A stretch of DNA of 63,954 bases, counting the filler, from Bigelowiella natans CCMP2755 (lineage: Eukaryota > Protista > Cercozoa), in NCBI GenBank assembly GCA_000320545.1. It is 8 parts of 8 records of this genome, joined end to end, with 100 filler letters (N's around TTAATTAATTAA, not from the genome) between each part and the next. Parts side by side here need not be neighbours in the genome. Positions count along the whole stretch, not along the records: positions 36,660 to 50,866 come from ADNK01002127.1; positions 50,967 to 58,960 come from ADNK01000485.1; 6 more parts are not named here. One strand, written 5' to 3'. Positions 41,040-54,905 of this stretch are shown piece by piece. How positions within the stretch are numbered: the stretch's first letter is position 1; each line of letters begins with the position of its first letter. The notes under the pieces were generated by a model. The model did no database searches, was not told the origin of the DNA, and saw only the letters and a list, made by a program, of their open reading frames with translations. The position numbers were made by a program, and so were the translations under genes.

Positions 41040-42400
41040 ATGCCCGGGCACCAGCTGGTGGATGCGGCCTCTTCTGGAGACGAGGAGCAGGCCCATGTGG
41101 ATGACGTTGAAGAAATCGATGTAATAAGAGTAGGCAGCAAGCGTGCTGGGGTGGTAGTTACTTATGCGCTCGCCCGTGTTTCGTCGTCATCGTCGTCGTC
41201 TCGTCGCCACATGATAACATCAGGACACTGCTGCAAGGAGCTCCGTGACGCAGAAGGTAGTGGCAATTCTGAAGCTCTCGTTGCCGGTCATCGGCCAGGT
41301 AGATGACCTTTCTGCGCGTTTGTTGCGATGGAGTTTAATTTTGAGTACGTTTCTTGTCATTAGTACGTCCTTCAGTTTATGAATTTTTCCATCCCCTTCC
41401 TGTTCCTCGGCCGCGTCTCACCAGGTTGCAGATGGGGGCTTGGGGGTGGGGGGAGGGGGGGATGGCGTGGCCGAGACCTTCGGAAGGGCCATAACATAGT
41501 CATAGAAGAATCTTTGAGCATTACAGAAATCCCTCTTCACTTGACGTGCTGTCTCATTTGTGCCTAATTTGTGACGTGTTGTGTTATTATCCCTTGTGAT
41601 TAAACGCTGGACATCTCTACAGCTGCGATGGGAGCTTTCGCTCTGTCTCAGATGTACGTACGCAAAACATCGATATCATACCTGCAGCATAAGCTAAACC
41701 CGCTTGAAGTCTCACTTCCTGCAAAGCTACTACAAACCCTGCGCTTGCCACCGCCCCCCCCCCCTTGTAGGTTCGTGAACTGTACGTCGAACGCGCTCGG
41801 CTACGGATTTGTGACTGCCTTGGACACCATCGTCTCCCAGGTTCTATGGCCGAATAACTAAATGCAAGCTATGATGCGGAATTTGATTTGGTTTTTTTTT
41901 TGGGATGAAGAATGAATGCGAACACATCGCGTTGCGTGATGGCCAATACCTAATATACATACGTGTTGTTATATGATTGTATTCACATCTCCCGCTTCCA
42001 TCGTGTGCCCGCCAACCAAAAAAAGGCTTGGGGAGCGAAAAACTATACCTCCATCGGCCTCGCTGTGCAGAGATCTGTGGTGATAATGACCTTATTCTGC
42101 CTACCGTTCGTCGTGATATGGAACGTCGTCCCTGGGTGAGCATGCCTTCATTTTCCTTACATTCCAACTATGATTGGGTCGCTTTGAGGGCACAACTGTG
42201 GGGTCACGCTGTGCTGATATGATGCGTTGGTGGTTGTGGTGATGGCGATTCGGGGTAGGATTTTGTTCCCGTACCTGAGTGTGGATAAGGAAGTGTGTCG
42301 CTTGGCCAAACTGCATTGCAGAGTAAGAATCGCACATATATCGCATACACAAACACACACACACACACACACACTTATATATATCATAATAATATTTATG

Positions 42401-42432
<32 letters not shown>

Positions 42433-43073
42433 TTATTTCTTTATATATTGTTCATATGAATGTATGCGTATTTCAGCCTGGAACATGTACTAATATGTTA
42501 TATCTCCCTTCCTCCTCCCTCTCTAACAAAAGGTGATGATTTCTGGAATATGGCCTGGATTTATGTAACGACGATAACGATGGATGATGATGATGATGAT
42601 GATGATGATAATGATCATGATCATGATCATGATAGTGGTGGAAGGGGGGAGAGAAGGGGGCAGATGATTACAGTAACATGTAATGATGAGAGTCATCACT
42701 TACTTCTTTCTTCACTCTACAATGAACGATTAATGCATAAGTAAGCACCACATAAATTTTTAAGACCGATCCTACTGGAAACACCCTTATCTTTACCATC
42801 ATTATCGTCCTCACCATCATCATCATCACCATCACCATCATCATCACCACCATCATCATCAGATACGACATTCAGAAGAAGTACCTCGCCAACCAGAAGA
42901 TAACCCTTCCCCCGGTGCGTGCGTTGTTGTGTGCACATGCATCGATTGGACCGTATTCACCAATATCGAAAGAGACTCAGTGTGTTATGGGGATAAAATG
43001 TGCAAAACGAGTCCATCCCAAGAACATCCATTACGACTTGCTTATTTTCCTGTGACTAAGAGTATAGCATCTG

Positions 43074-43113
<40 letters not shown>

Positions 43114-44069
43114 CCTCCTCCTCCCTCCCCCGCCCCTCCTCTCTGCTTCTGCTGTGCCTTGCTGATTGACACTTTTGTTGGGGTGTCGTCACCATCAGGT
43201 GTTGGCGATGATTCCCTCTCTAATCTTAAACGTTCTTTTAAACTTCTTCTTCATTCCACGGTGCGTATCACCGCAGCAGGGATAACAGCACAAGAGCAAA
43301 TTGTCCAATCCATTCCTTCCATGTCTTTCTTGTGGTAAAACTGATATGCGCCGCATGCAGGTACGGCTTCGTCGTGGCCCCAATCTCGATCTGCGCTTCC
43401 AATTGGCTCATGTGCGTGCTTCTCTTCGGCTACATTCGTACGTGAAACATGTGTATTATATAAATACATATATGTAAATATATATATATATATTATATTA
43501 TATTATATTAATATATATTTATTTGTATTGTGTGTGTGTGAGTGTGTGTGCGCGCGCGCGCGTGTTGGCACTCGTACAGCTCGAAAGCGACATTGATCGA
43601 CTTTATTTTAAAAGAAAAGAATGAGAGAAAGCAGCATCGTCCAGTAGGCAGGGGGTGGGGGGGCACATGTTTTGCTGAAATAAAGATGTCGGTTAAGCTA
43701 CTTTACACTGTTCAGGATGGCGAGGCTTGCATCGAAAGACGTGGCCGACGGGAGGGTCATATATCCCTTCTTTGCCCCCTCCCCTTATTCCCACTCTACA
43801 CAGAAACATTGATTCATAATTGTGACTGAAATCAAGACCTCAATATAGATGTTGTGATTAGAACTATCATCATTTCCACCATCACCATCATCATCATCAT
43901 CATTACCATCATCATCATTCAGATGGTGTAACTCCGGTTGGGATGTTCGCTGCTTGAGACGATGGCCTGAGATCTTTCGCCTCGGTGTGTGATAGTCCGC
44001 TGCGACGACGAATGCCACACAGAATATAACACATGTCTATATTATCTATATACTTGTTATGTATGTAAG

Positions 44070-44109
<40 letters not shown>

Positions 44110-44545
44110 TATACAATTTTATCATATGCGCTACTGCAGCATAGAAAGGCGTTGTACGTTAGTGTTTCGCAACACAGCATAGTCACCACACACGACCTAT
44201 GTTCCCAATGGAAATCTAACAGAATGTATCGGTGTACCTCTCTATTTATTGCAGCACTCGAAAGCTCTTTCTATGTTTTTCATCGAGACGAGTAGTTGTC
44301 TGCTCCTTCATTGTCTTCATCGTTCTCATCGTCCTCTCCGCCACTGCTCTCCCCACCCCCATCCCCCCCCTTCAATATCAGGAACTCCTGGAGCGTTAAT
44401 GTTGGTGTTGGAATGGGGAGTCTTCGAGGTGAATGCATTCCTTGCTGCCAGGCTCGGAGCGGTACAAGCACCCACTGTAAAAATTATGTACCTGGAGACG
44501 AGAGCACGGCGACCGATGGAAATGATGATAATGATGATGATGATA

Positions 44546-44578
<33 letters not shown>

Positions 44579-44825
44579 CTTTACATCCCAAGACTACTCA
44601 TCATCATCCACTATAAAAAATGGTCAAATAGTAGATGTCCCTGTTCTCCTTACTTCTAATGCTGCTGCTACATACTGTCTACCTTTTTAAACATGGATTA
44701 GAATTCTCTTGCCACGCACAGTGTGCTTGCACAGAGCGCTGGGCTGCTATTCATGGCTCCTTTAGGTCAGGGAGAGCGGCTGCTGTTGGGATGCATGGGG
44801 AGGGGGGGGAGACCCATTGGTTTAT

Positions 44826-44865
<40 letters not shown>

Positions 44866-44884
44866 TATGTATATGCGTACTTGT

Positions 44885-44922
<38 letters not shown>

Positions 44923-45211
44923 ATATATACCATATATACATACATTATGAATATAATTCGTTTTTTATATCGATTGTACATGATATTGTTGGGATTTTGA
45001 GCAAGTTGATTGCATGCTCATTGCGCATCTCATCTCTACTACCACTACTACCACTACTGCTACTACTACTACTACTACTACTACTACTCTTGCTGCTGCT
45101 ACTTCTACTACTACCACCATTGAATAGGAATGTCGGTAGCTGTCGCAACGCTTGTTGGCAACTCATTAGGAGGGGGAGATGCAAAAGGTGCGTCCGGGAG
45201 AAAGAAGGAGC

Positions 45212-45254
<43 letters not shown>

Positions 45255-45818
45255 TATGTGCATGTGTGTGTGTGTGTGTGTGTGTGTACATCTTGAGTAT
45301 GTGTGCGTGTTAATATCCCCCTTCTCCTCGCCCTTTTTACCCCTCTCTTGCCCCTCTCGTAGGAGCTAAAGCTTATTGCTATATCGGCCTCTGCATTGGA
45401 ATCGTAACGAACACCATACAGGTAGTTTATCGTGCTGCTGCTTGCAATGATGATGATGACGATGATGATGATTATGATGACGATGATGATAATGATGTGG
45501 TAAAAAATTGGTGAGGGGCAGAATGGAAGCTATTTAAGCGGAAAAAATGTCTGTTTATCCGAGCGTTGAGCAGTTGTCCTTATTCTAATTGCATAGAAAA
45601 CAACCCAAATAATGCCTTCTTCACACTCATACGCGCGCGCGCGCGCGCGCACACACACACACACACACTTACACATCACAATATCAAACGGCAGAATGCC
45701 ATCGTGTGCTTCCTTCTTCGAGATATATGGCCGATGCTGTACACATCTGACTCCGGGGTAGCAGCAGCAGCAGTAGTAGTAGTAGTAGAAATAGTAGATG
45801 AATAATGAGTAGTAGTAG

Positions 45819-45850
<32 letters not shown>

Positions 45851-46220
45851 GTAGTATTAGCAGCAGCAGGGGCTGATATATGTTCCATCATCACGCAGCG
45901 CATTTTACCAATCCGTAGTTATTGTGTACGATAAACCATGCATCATATACCTTGTTCTTTTAGTTCTCATACTTTTATCCCCCCCCTTCCTTCACAGGTT
46001 CGTAGCATGGTCTCTAAAATGCTAATTATTTTCTTCTTCTTCACTCTTCCCGATCAAGCTAGAGCGAATATGGTCATCACAACCTCATGTAGAAAGCGGG
46101 GGGGGGGGGGGGGGGGGGGAGAGTTGGTTTAAGTTACAAGGATAAAATAGAGGGATTTTCGATGTATATTGAATGGGATGGACCATTGATGGTGGATCTC
46201 CCCCCCCCTCTCTCTCCCTC

Positions 46221-46265
<45 letters not shown>

Positions 46266-47068
46266 ACATGCGTCCTTGTTCTCCCTCTCCCTCTCTCTGA
46301 ACACTGCCACCGACTGTTTCTCTCATCATTATTGCAGCTTTCTACTCACACACACACACACACACACACACACGCATACACACACTATGATCGATAAGGC
46401 TGGGAGTTTACGAGGAATGGGAAAGCAGATGCTAGGTACTCAGCGGCACTCGTCTACTTTTCTTTCTTATTTAGCTTCTGCTTCTTATTCATTATCATCA
46501 TCATCAACAACAACAACAACAACAATACCAACAACAACACCTCCAATAGCATCATCTTCATCATCACCACCACCATCGTCGTCATAATCATCATCATCGT
46601 CGCTTTAACCATCGTCACCTCTTGAGTCGATAGAAAGTCGTTACAAAACAACTCACGCACACACACACACACACACACACTGCATTACACCATGTTAGGT
46701 GCAACCATAAACCTGCTCAGCTACCCCGTCATAGGTCAGCCGTAGTAATTCTTGTCCACATAGGAACAGGAGGAGGAGGGGGAGGAAGGGGGGGGGGTGG
46801 GGGGGGGATGGATATGATGGGAATAATATGGCAAAATTTTGATTTCTCCTTTGAAGTAAACTTCAAGCAAAGATTCTCAGTTACATGTCACAGAATCAAC
46901 CATGCTTGCTTTCAGCAGCGTGTGCACTACTAATAGGATGATCAACCTCCGCCCCCCCCCCCTCCTCCTGCTCCTATTCAGGCCTTCCTATTTCGTGGTA
47001 TCTGTCCTCTCGTAAAGGGATGGGGGTACGAGGCATATGGTTCGGGATGACGCTTGGAGTCACGGTGT

Positions 47069-47148
<80 letters not shown>

Positions 47149-47181
47149 GTATTTGAACCGCACTTTCGCATCGACTTATTC

Positions 47182-47223
<42 letters not shown>

Positions 47224-47457
47224 TAAATGGATTTGTCTCCCTCTGGCTCTCTCTGATGCGGTGTATTATCACCAATCAAAAGATCGCTGCGATGATGACC
47301 TTCGGCTACCTAGTACTCTTCGTTGATTGGAAGAAAGAGGTGCTGCTGCTGTCTTGTGGTGCTGTATGTGGTTGGTCTATATATCATCACCTATAACATC
47401 AATGAATTATGGGAGGACAGAGGGGGAGATTATGTTCTCCCCATTATTCTCTCTCTC

Positions 47458-47516
<59 letters not shown>

Positions 47517-47819
47517 TGTGTTCTTACTGTTTGTTACGACACCTCAGGCCGATTTAGCGGTGCAGCGTTCCATCGAAACAACGAGCAGCTCGAAACGTAA
47601 CAGCAGCCAGCCCCACATCCATCTTAGATTCAGGAAGAGATATTTTCAGATGAATTTCTCTGCTGCTGCTGCTTCTTCTTCTTCCTAGCATCTTCATTAG
47701 AACACCTTCTGATACACTCTCATTCCAATGCCACACAGCTGCTGAGCAGCGCCGTCGTCGCCAGCCAGGGGAGCGAGGAGGAGGAGGCCAAGGAGCAGAT
47801 ATCGAATTCCAGAGAATAA
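41040..47819 (+). CDS. MATE-family multidrug/toxin efflux transporter, highly fragmented into small exons
   Basis: Exons: LKLSLPVIGQ, GFVTALDTIVSQ|AWGAKNY..GLAVQR, PGALMLVLEWGVFE, VATLVGNSLGGGD, GSLRGMGKQ, GLPISW...GIWFGM, VDWKKE|ADLAVQR. Confidence 0.9.
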
Positions 47820-47843
47820 GAACCACAGCAACGCTGAATGATA

Positions 47844-47874
<31 letters not shown>

Positions 47875-48594
47875 CTTTGGAGATGAGAAAAGGAGGCAGG
47901 AGGATGATGAGGATCAGGAGGGAGAGGAAGAGGAGAGAGCTGCAGTGTCCCTCACAGGTCCAAACGCGAACATATATATACATACACATACATACATTCA
48001 CATCAACAATTCCCCCTCACCACTGCGTACGTGCCGTTGTTCTTCTCCCCTGCTGTGCCTATACAGCTTCCACGGCGCTGTCTTCACCCTCTTCCTCATC
48101 GATCCCTCGTCGGCATTTAGAGAACCTATGAGTAGAGCTTAGCATGTACAAGTGATATGGCAGTCAGCGCCTCTGTTTTGCTCCTCATCATTCGCTTTAG
48201 TTATGCCGTCCACACTGTTGCATGAGCTTGCCTTTGTGTCCGCGCGCTGCGCCCTCGCACATGTGCAAATGACGTGCTAGTGAGTGTCACCTTGTGTTTA
48301 CGTGGCCATAATGTTGTCGGCAGAGCACATGTAGATTTAAAGGCCGATGTGCATGCCTACTTCAATGCTCGCGTGTACGCTTTACAACTACATCTCATGC
48401 TGTGCTTGCAGATAAATAACACAACGCACGTAGCGCACAATCATTATTTGTCAGTTGTCAAGTGATGATGAACATCATTTGCACGCCTTTCGTTTCAAGC
48501 AAATGCGACTTCATCATGCTGTGAAATCTGCACAGCACATCATCATCATGTTGGAAATACTACATAGGATTACAAACAAATTGCATTTGTTTAA

Positions 48595-49180
48595 TTAAGA
48601 AAAATGCCAATAGTCCTTTCCTTCCACTAGGCCGAATGAGGCAATATTCGCCTCTAGCTGCCCTCCTGAGAGTTATTTCGAGTCGAGAAGTGAGAAATAT
48701 TTGTTTGCACATAATATATCACCACTCTCTCGACCCCCCCCCCCCCTCTCTTTCTCTCTCTTCCACAACACATACTTTCATCAGATTAATCGAACAGTGA
48801 TACCACCGCCAACAGAAACATACCTGTTCGGCCTTTTGCCACACAAACGACAAATGGTGGACGCACCTGGTACAAACGTCACGTGAAACCGTGTTGAGAT
48901 TACCAGTGAAATTCTTCATGCGACAAAGCTAGTGAGAGGGAGGGGAGAGAGGGGAGGGGGGGGGACGGCACCTTCGACCAATGCACAACTGGAAGCTTTC
49001 TTGTGCCGCTGATGAAGCCACGCTTGATCTTGGCGCGAAGCAATCATGAGTTGGAAATGTGGAAAGAGATCATGAAAGGAAACATGTTTGCCTCAGCGCA
49101 ATTCATCAGAGCTTACTGCGTGGGCATACTTCATGCAGTCCATATATGTGTTGTAGAAGTATACGGACAAATGTAATATG

Positions 49181-49214
<34 letters not shown>

Positions 49215-49423
49215 GATGCTTTCATCCTCAAACTAGTCGTTATCATCTCCTCCTCCATACGTTCAGTTAGAGTACCTTCTTCGAATCAACATCACAGAAT
49301 GCCTCCACTTTGTCCCTAAACAACAAGATCGCAACGATGATGAATCCGCCGACGACGAGGGGGGGGGAGAGCATGGGGAGGCGTAAGAATCACACGCGCA
49401 AGTAATGGCACTATAGTAATGGC

Positions 49424-49458
<35 letters not shown>

Positions 49459-50087
49459 TCGATGCATGTGGAAGCTTCCATCGGGCTCTGGAGGGCAGGG
49501 GATAGAAGGAGCGAATGATGCCACTTTGACGCAGAGTTTTCCGTTTTCCCCGACGCCACCCACACAACGCACATAGCATTACTTTTCACTCTCAGAGAGT
49601 GCTTTGAAGAAGTTGTGCCCGTCCCTTCCCGCGCCCCAAATGCTGAATCTGGAGGAGGAGCTCACAGTAATCAGATGACGATGCGACACGGCATTGGTTT
49701 ACATATATACCAGGAAAGTGTTTATCTAATATCATAACCCCAAAGAGCCCCCTCCCCCCTCTCACCAGCCGCCAAAGCCTTACCTTTCCCATCGGCTGAT
49801 GACCCTGCGTTGAAAGGGTCGCACTCGCGCCAAGAGCAGCTCGCGACCTATGTGAAAGGAAGAAATGAGCGACGAGGTACAACGCTAACACTCATCATCA
49901 AAGGATATTGTGAATGAAAGCTATTACTACTGCTGCTGCTGCTACTACTACAACTACTTCAATTTCCACCACGCATAGAAATAAACACAAGCACAACAGG
50001 TGAAGCGTGGCGCTAAAATTACGTGAAGACTTCCAAGAAAGACTCGTGCTGGAGTATCTAAATACACGCGTATGTTGTTTAGAAATA

Positions 50088-50123
<36 letters not shown>

Positions 50124-50345
50124 GCACATGGTACATGAAATTGGGATTTGAATTCGATGATTTCGAAGTATCTTTGCTTTATTTCTCATGCATTACCCCC
50201 CTTGTCCATGCAACAACTAATAATGATAATACTACCTATACATCAGCAAGATTTCGGGATCTTTTACGAGGTCGCCGCCTATTGAACAATGATTGATTGA
50301 ATGAATGAATGGTATAAGAGAATCACGGGAAGAAATGAAGCACCC

Positions 50346-50388
<43 letters not shown>

Positions 50389-50531
50389 TTACTGGATGCA
50401 TTCACAAATCATCGTCGTCAGGGAGCAATCAACTCGCAGTACAATAGTTAGTGCTGTTTTGGGTTATTCCTCTAATCACGATATATACGACATGTACCCG
50501 CATCTAAGTGCCGATGGAAGAACTCCAGATC
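48595..50531 (-). CDS. B3GNTL1: B3GNTL1/QTGAL-like GT2 glycosyltransferase, C-terminal part
   Basis: Exons: DLEFFHRHLDAG|GDLVKDPEILLMYR, FSIWGAGRDG..FFKAL, KVEAFCDVDSKK, LPVVHWSK|VRPPFVVCV, GGQLEANIASFGLVEGKDYWHFS*. These parallel the B3GNTL1 C-terminus as I recall it. Confidence 0.85.
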
Positions 50532-50866
50532 GTTGAGTCCTGCATGTGCGCGTGCGCAAGCGTGTGTTGGGCGGCGTGGTTTCTCCATCAAGTGCAGGAG
50601 ATTATGACAAGCATTATAGGTGTAGCTTCAGGTCTCATGGTACAGCTCTCGTCGCGTTCATATCAAACACAAAATCGATTTAGTCGATAACACTTGGTAA
50701 TACCCTTCAGCTCAGGATACCCCCCCGCCCTTTGGAATACGCTTCGGTGGAAGAACCTGATTGTGCGTTTTGTGGGAGGGCATTCGATACAAGGGCATTC
50801 GAAAATATTGAAAAATTTGGAAAACACCGGAATTTGGGCATGGGGGGGGGCCAAATTCGGGAACTT

Positions 50867-50966
50867 NNNNNNNNNNNNNNNNNNNNNNNNNNNNNNNNNN
50901 NNNNNNNNNNTTAATTAATTAANNNNNNNNNNNNNNNNNNNNNNNNNNNNNNNNNNNNNNNNNNNN
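50867..50966. other. Artificial contig linker
   Basis: N44-TTAATTAATTAA-N44. Confidence 0.97.
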
Positions 50967-51079
50967 GCTCCGCAGCGCACTGGACGTCGTCGTCGTTCCT
51001 GCCTCGTCCTCCTCCTCCTCGTCGTCCTCCTCCTCCCCTCCCCTCCCCTTCTGCTCCACCACTCTTTTTCATGATCCAG

Positions 51080-51495
51080 ATTCGAGCCACTGTTTGTGAG
51101 GTTCATTCCTCATCTGGTAAGATGCATAGGAAGAGTATTACTGCTACTACTACTACTACTAGTAGTAGTAGTAGTAGTCTTGTAAAAATAATGATAATAA
51201 TGATAATAATAAAAATAACAATAATAAAAGCTTTCGTACGGATTCTGCAGAGCGAATCCTGGTTGCTGTGTTCCTCCATTCCATCCGTTGATCTCCTCTC
51301 GTTGTTGTTATTGTTGTGCATTTCTTTCTTCATCTTCTTCTTCCTCTTTTTCTTTGAATGCTATGCTGCTCAGCTGAAATTCAACGCCCCCAATCGAAGC
51401 GCGCCTGACCGTCTAATGGCTGTGGGGACGATAGGAGATATAGCAGACCACATGAAGGGCTCAATCCCAAAATATCTGCCGGTAAAGACTCTTCC

Positions 51496-51541
<46 letters not shown>

Positions 51542-52186
51542 GTATGTGTGTGTGTGTGTGTGTGTGTGTCACATATGCATTAATCCCGGAGGACAGATAA
51601 TGATGAAGATGATGATGATGATGATGATGATGTGATAATATCGGTTGAAGGGGGAGGTATCCGTAAATCCTTTCATTTTCAGCGAAAAAAATAATGATTC
51701 CCTCCTTATTTTTTCTTTCCATTTTTTCGGAGCTCAGAGAGCCCCGTTATCACCACCCACCTGATTGTTACTAATGCTGCTGCTGCTGCTACTGCTTTGT
51801 GCATTCTCTCTGGTTGTGTGCCTGTCTCTGTGTGCGTGCGTCTGTGTTGTATGTGGTGTCGAATTATCTACCAGAAACTCTTCCCAATTATCATCAAAGC
51901 TCTAGCAGATTCGGAGGTATGTTTGGGGGGGGGGAGAGGGTGGGAGGGTGGTGTGTTTTGAACCGAGAAAGACATGAGCATGACGATGCAATATGATGTT
52001 TGAAAAAATGACGAGCACGACAGAAACGCCCCCCCCCCCCCCCCTCCTCCTTTGTTTCGCATGCGTCCACAAAAATGTACAAATCTGGTTAATTACCAGC
52101 CAGAGGATATATGTCACGCAGCATATACCGTTGGTATCCTCGTCGTGCACGCAGGTCCTAGCCGCTGTTCCCTCTCCCTCTCTCTC

Positions 52187-52217
<31 letters not shown>

Positions 52218-52735
52218 ACCTCCACCTCTCTACCTCTCTCTATCTATATATTTCTCAATCTATCGCCATATTCTGCTCTTTGTCGTATGCAAAGAGTAGT
52301 GGTGGGTAAGAAAGAGAGTAGCATGATGAAGATGATGATGATGATGATGATGATGATAATGATGATAGCCCCTGCCTCCTCCTCCTCCTCCTCCTCCTCC
52401 TCCTTGAAGACAGATATATCATCTCTCTTCTCGTATTTGATGAGGAACAGAGCCTAACACCGCCTACGTGTGCATTCGTACCTCAGGAGAGACTGCCGCG
52501 CCCTTCTACAAAGCTTCGATCGAGAGCTTGAAGAAGCTGCAGCATATCCCTGCGGAGAGCAAGGTCAACTCTCCCCCCCGTGAAGTTATTTAATGACGAT
52601 AGTAGTAGTGGTAGTTATTAGTAGTAGAAAAGTAGTAGCAGTAGCAGCGGTAGTACTACTTATGATGATCGTGGTAATAAAGATGGTGCGGGCATGAGAA
52701 GATGGTGGTGATGAGGGTGATGAGGGTGATGAGGG

Positions 52736-52770
<35 letters not shown>

Positions 52771-53987
52771 GGCGTTCGAATTAGCGTTCCCTGTTCCTTC
52801 ATCGTGTGTTGGCAGCTGCACATGTTCTCATTGGTTTTTCTGCTGGCCTCCTTTGATGTCGTCACTTCACTCATTCCTCCTCCTCCTCCTCCTCTAGGAT
52901 AACGAGTTCTTCCACGCGTGCGCTGACAACGCTACGAGCGCAATCGGCAAGATAATGCAGCAGAAAAAGGAGATTCTCACACAACCACAGGTATGGCAGG
53001 GGAGGTAACAGCAGTATTTGCAGTAGTATTGGAGGTGGTGACCGTTGACCGTAGACCGTTGTTCGCTGTCCCATCTAGATCGTATTGGTGATGATGATTA
53101 TTATTTTTATTGTTATTACCGCTATGATTCGAAAAGGTGATAAGCTGGTTCATGGGAGGCCTACCGTTGAAGAATGACCAGGAAGAAGCGAAGACTGTGT
53201 ATAGCGTGATGGCCACTCTCTTGAGGCAACACACGTGAGTAAGGACGGGGAGGAGTAAGGACGGGGAGGAGGAGAAGGGGGAGAAGTAAGAAGAAGAAGA
53301 AGAAGAGAAAAGAAAGAAGGTGAAATGAAGATAAACACCTGATAACACTGCTTGCGTGCAGAGAGAGTCGTCGATGCTAGATAAAACAACGCATTTCCCG
53401 CAAACCCGCTTGTCTTTCTCTCTCTTTTAAATCCCTTTCTTCTTCCCCCTTTCTGGCATATATCAAGTGATTTTTTGTTACGCGCGGTGGAATGAATCGT
53501 TGTCTGCCTTATATTTCCTTGCAGAGCCATAATGAAAGATCACATGGCTCACGCGTTGTTTGTGTGTGGCCGTGTTTTCGCCACTGAAGGGGTGCGTGAT
53601 AACATCAAACAAGGTAGTCTATGCACACTCTCTCTCTCCTCTTGCTGTTCCATCGGTGTTTCATTTTTGCAAAATATTTCTCGTTATGAGAAACAACGGG
53701 TACTTGACAACAAGATTTTTTAGAGTAAATGGAGAAATACTTTGCATCTGTGCCGCAGCGGTGACAAAGAATGACGATGATGTTCACCATAGCTTGCATC
53801 AGAGCAGAGCAGGAACATCTTTGAAAATGATCATTCCCCTGCCCCTTCTTGTTATTCTTTATCTTCAGGTCTGATCCCTGTTGCGAAGTCTCTAAGTGGC
53901 GCACTAGGCAGCAATGCAGGCGCTGCTGTTCAGGGGCTCTCCGCGGAGGAAAAAGATCGTTTATTGAAAGTTCTCAAGTCGAAATAG
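51080..53987 (+). CDS. IPO4: Importin-4/Kap123-like karyopherin, C-terminal part
   Basis: Exons: DRLMAVGTIGDIADHM, LFPIIIKALADSE, AAYTVGIL, DNATSAIGKIM, GLPLKNDQEEAKTVY. Stop at 53985-53987. Confidence 0.75.
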
Positions 53988-54905
53988 ATGACCACTTCGT
54001 CCACAAGTGATCAGGGAATGTGAAGTGAAAATTGCAGTGATGTTCTCCATCGTTTGATGCGCATTTTTAGACCATCAATGACGCATCAATGTGAGATGTG
54101 TCACTAGATGATGAAGATGTGCAGTTATTTTTTCATGCATGTAGTCAAATTAATCATTCATCTAATTCTTCATCACATGCTAGCATGGATGCGCATGAAA
54201 ACCTCGCAAATGCATGCATGTCATGTGGCTGTTTCTGATCATCGATTCTTGCAGCCTGAGCCTGACGTGCAGCGCGCTTCGCGTTGTGCGTCTGGACCGT
54301 CGGCCGAAAATCAAAGCATGCCACGTCCAGAACGTGCAAGTTGACGACAGCATGATCGATGCAGTAAATCACAGCGAGCGTCTTCGGACGCCATGCTGGC
54401 ATGGTAGATATATTATGCATGCATCGCACATGTAAAGCACATCACTGGGTGATCGTGCTGCCATCATCGTAAATGACAAGGTGGAATAATTAGTAGAAGG
54501 AATGAATGCGCAGTATCTTCATTATGATTATTTAAATCGCAGGTATGGGAGCATCAACAATACCACCCATCATCTCATAAGAATTATTGGACAACGGCGT
54601 GATAGATGAAATATCAATACACCACAATTAGTAATAGGTATAAAAATTTAATCAATTAAATAATCTTACCTGATGTACTACTACTACGCTTCACGCGCCA
54701 ACTCGCACTTCCCACGCGCGCAGCGGAGAAGAGAAAGAAAAGCATAGTAAAACTTCGGAAGTACTAGCCACCAACAAGGGATCATCTATCGCGTCCAACC
54801 AGAACAGCAGTAGCAGTGACGCATACAACAACTGATACGTGCCCGGACTAGAAGATATAAAATGATAGATACTTTCTTGGACAGTTAAGCAGACTCAGTT
54901 ATAGT

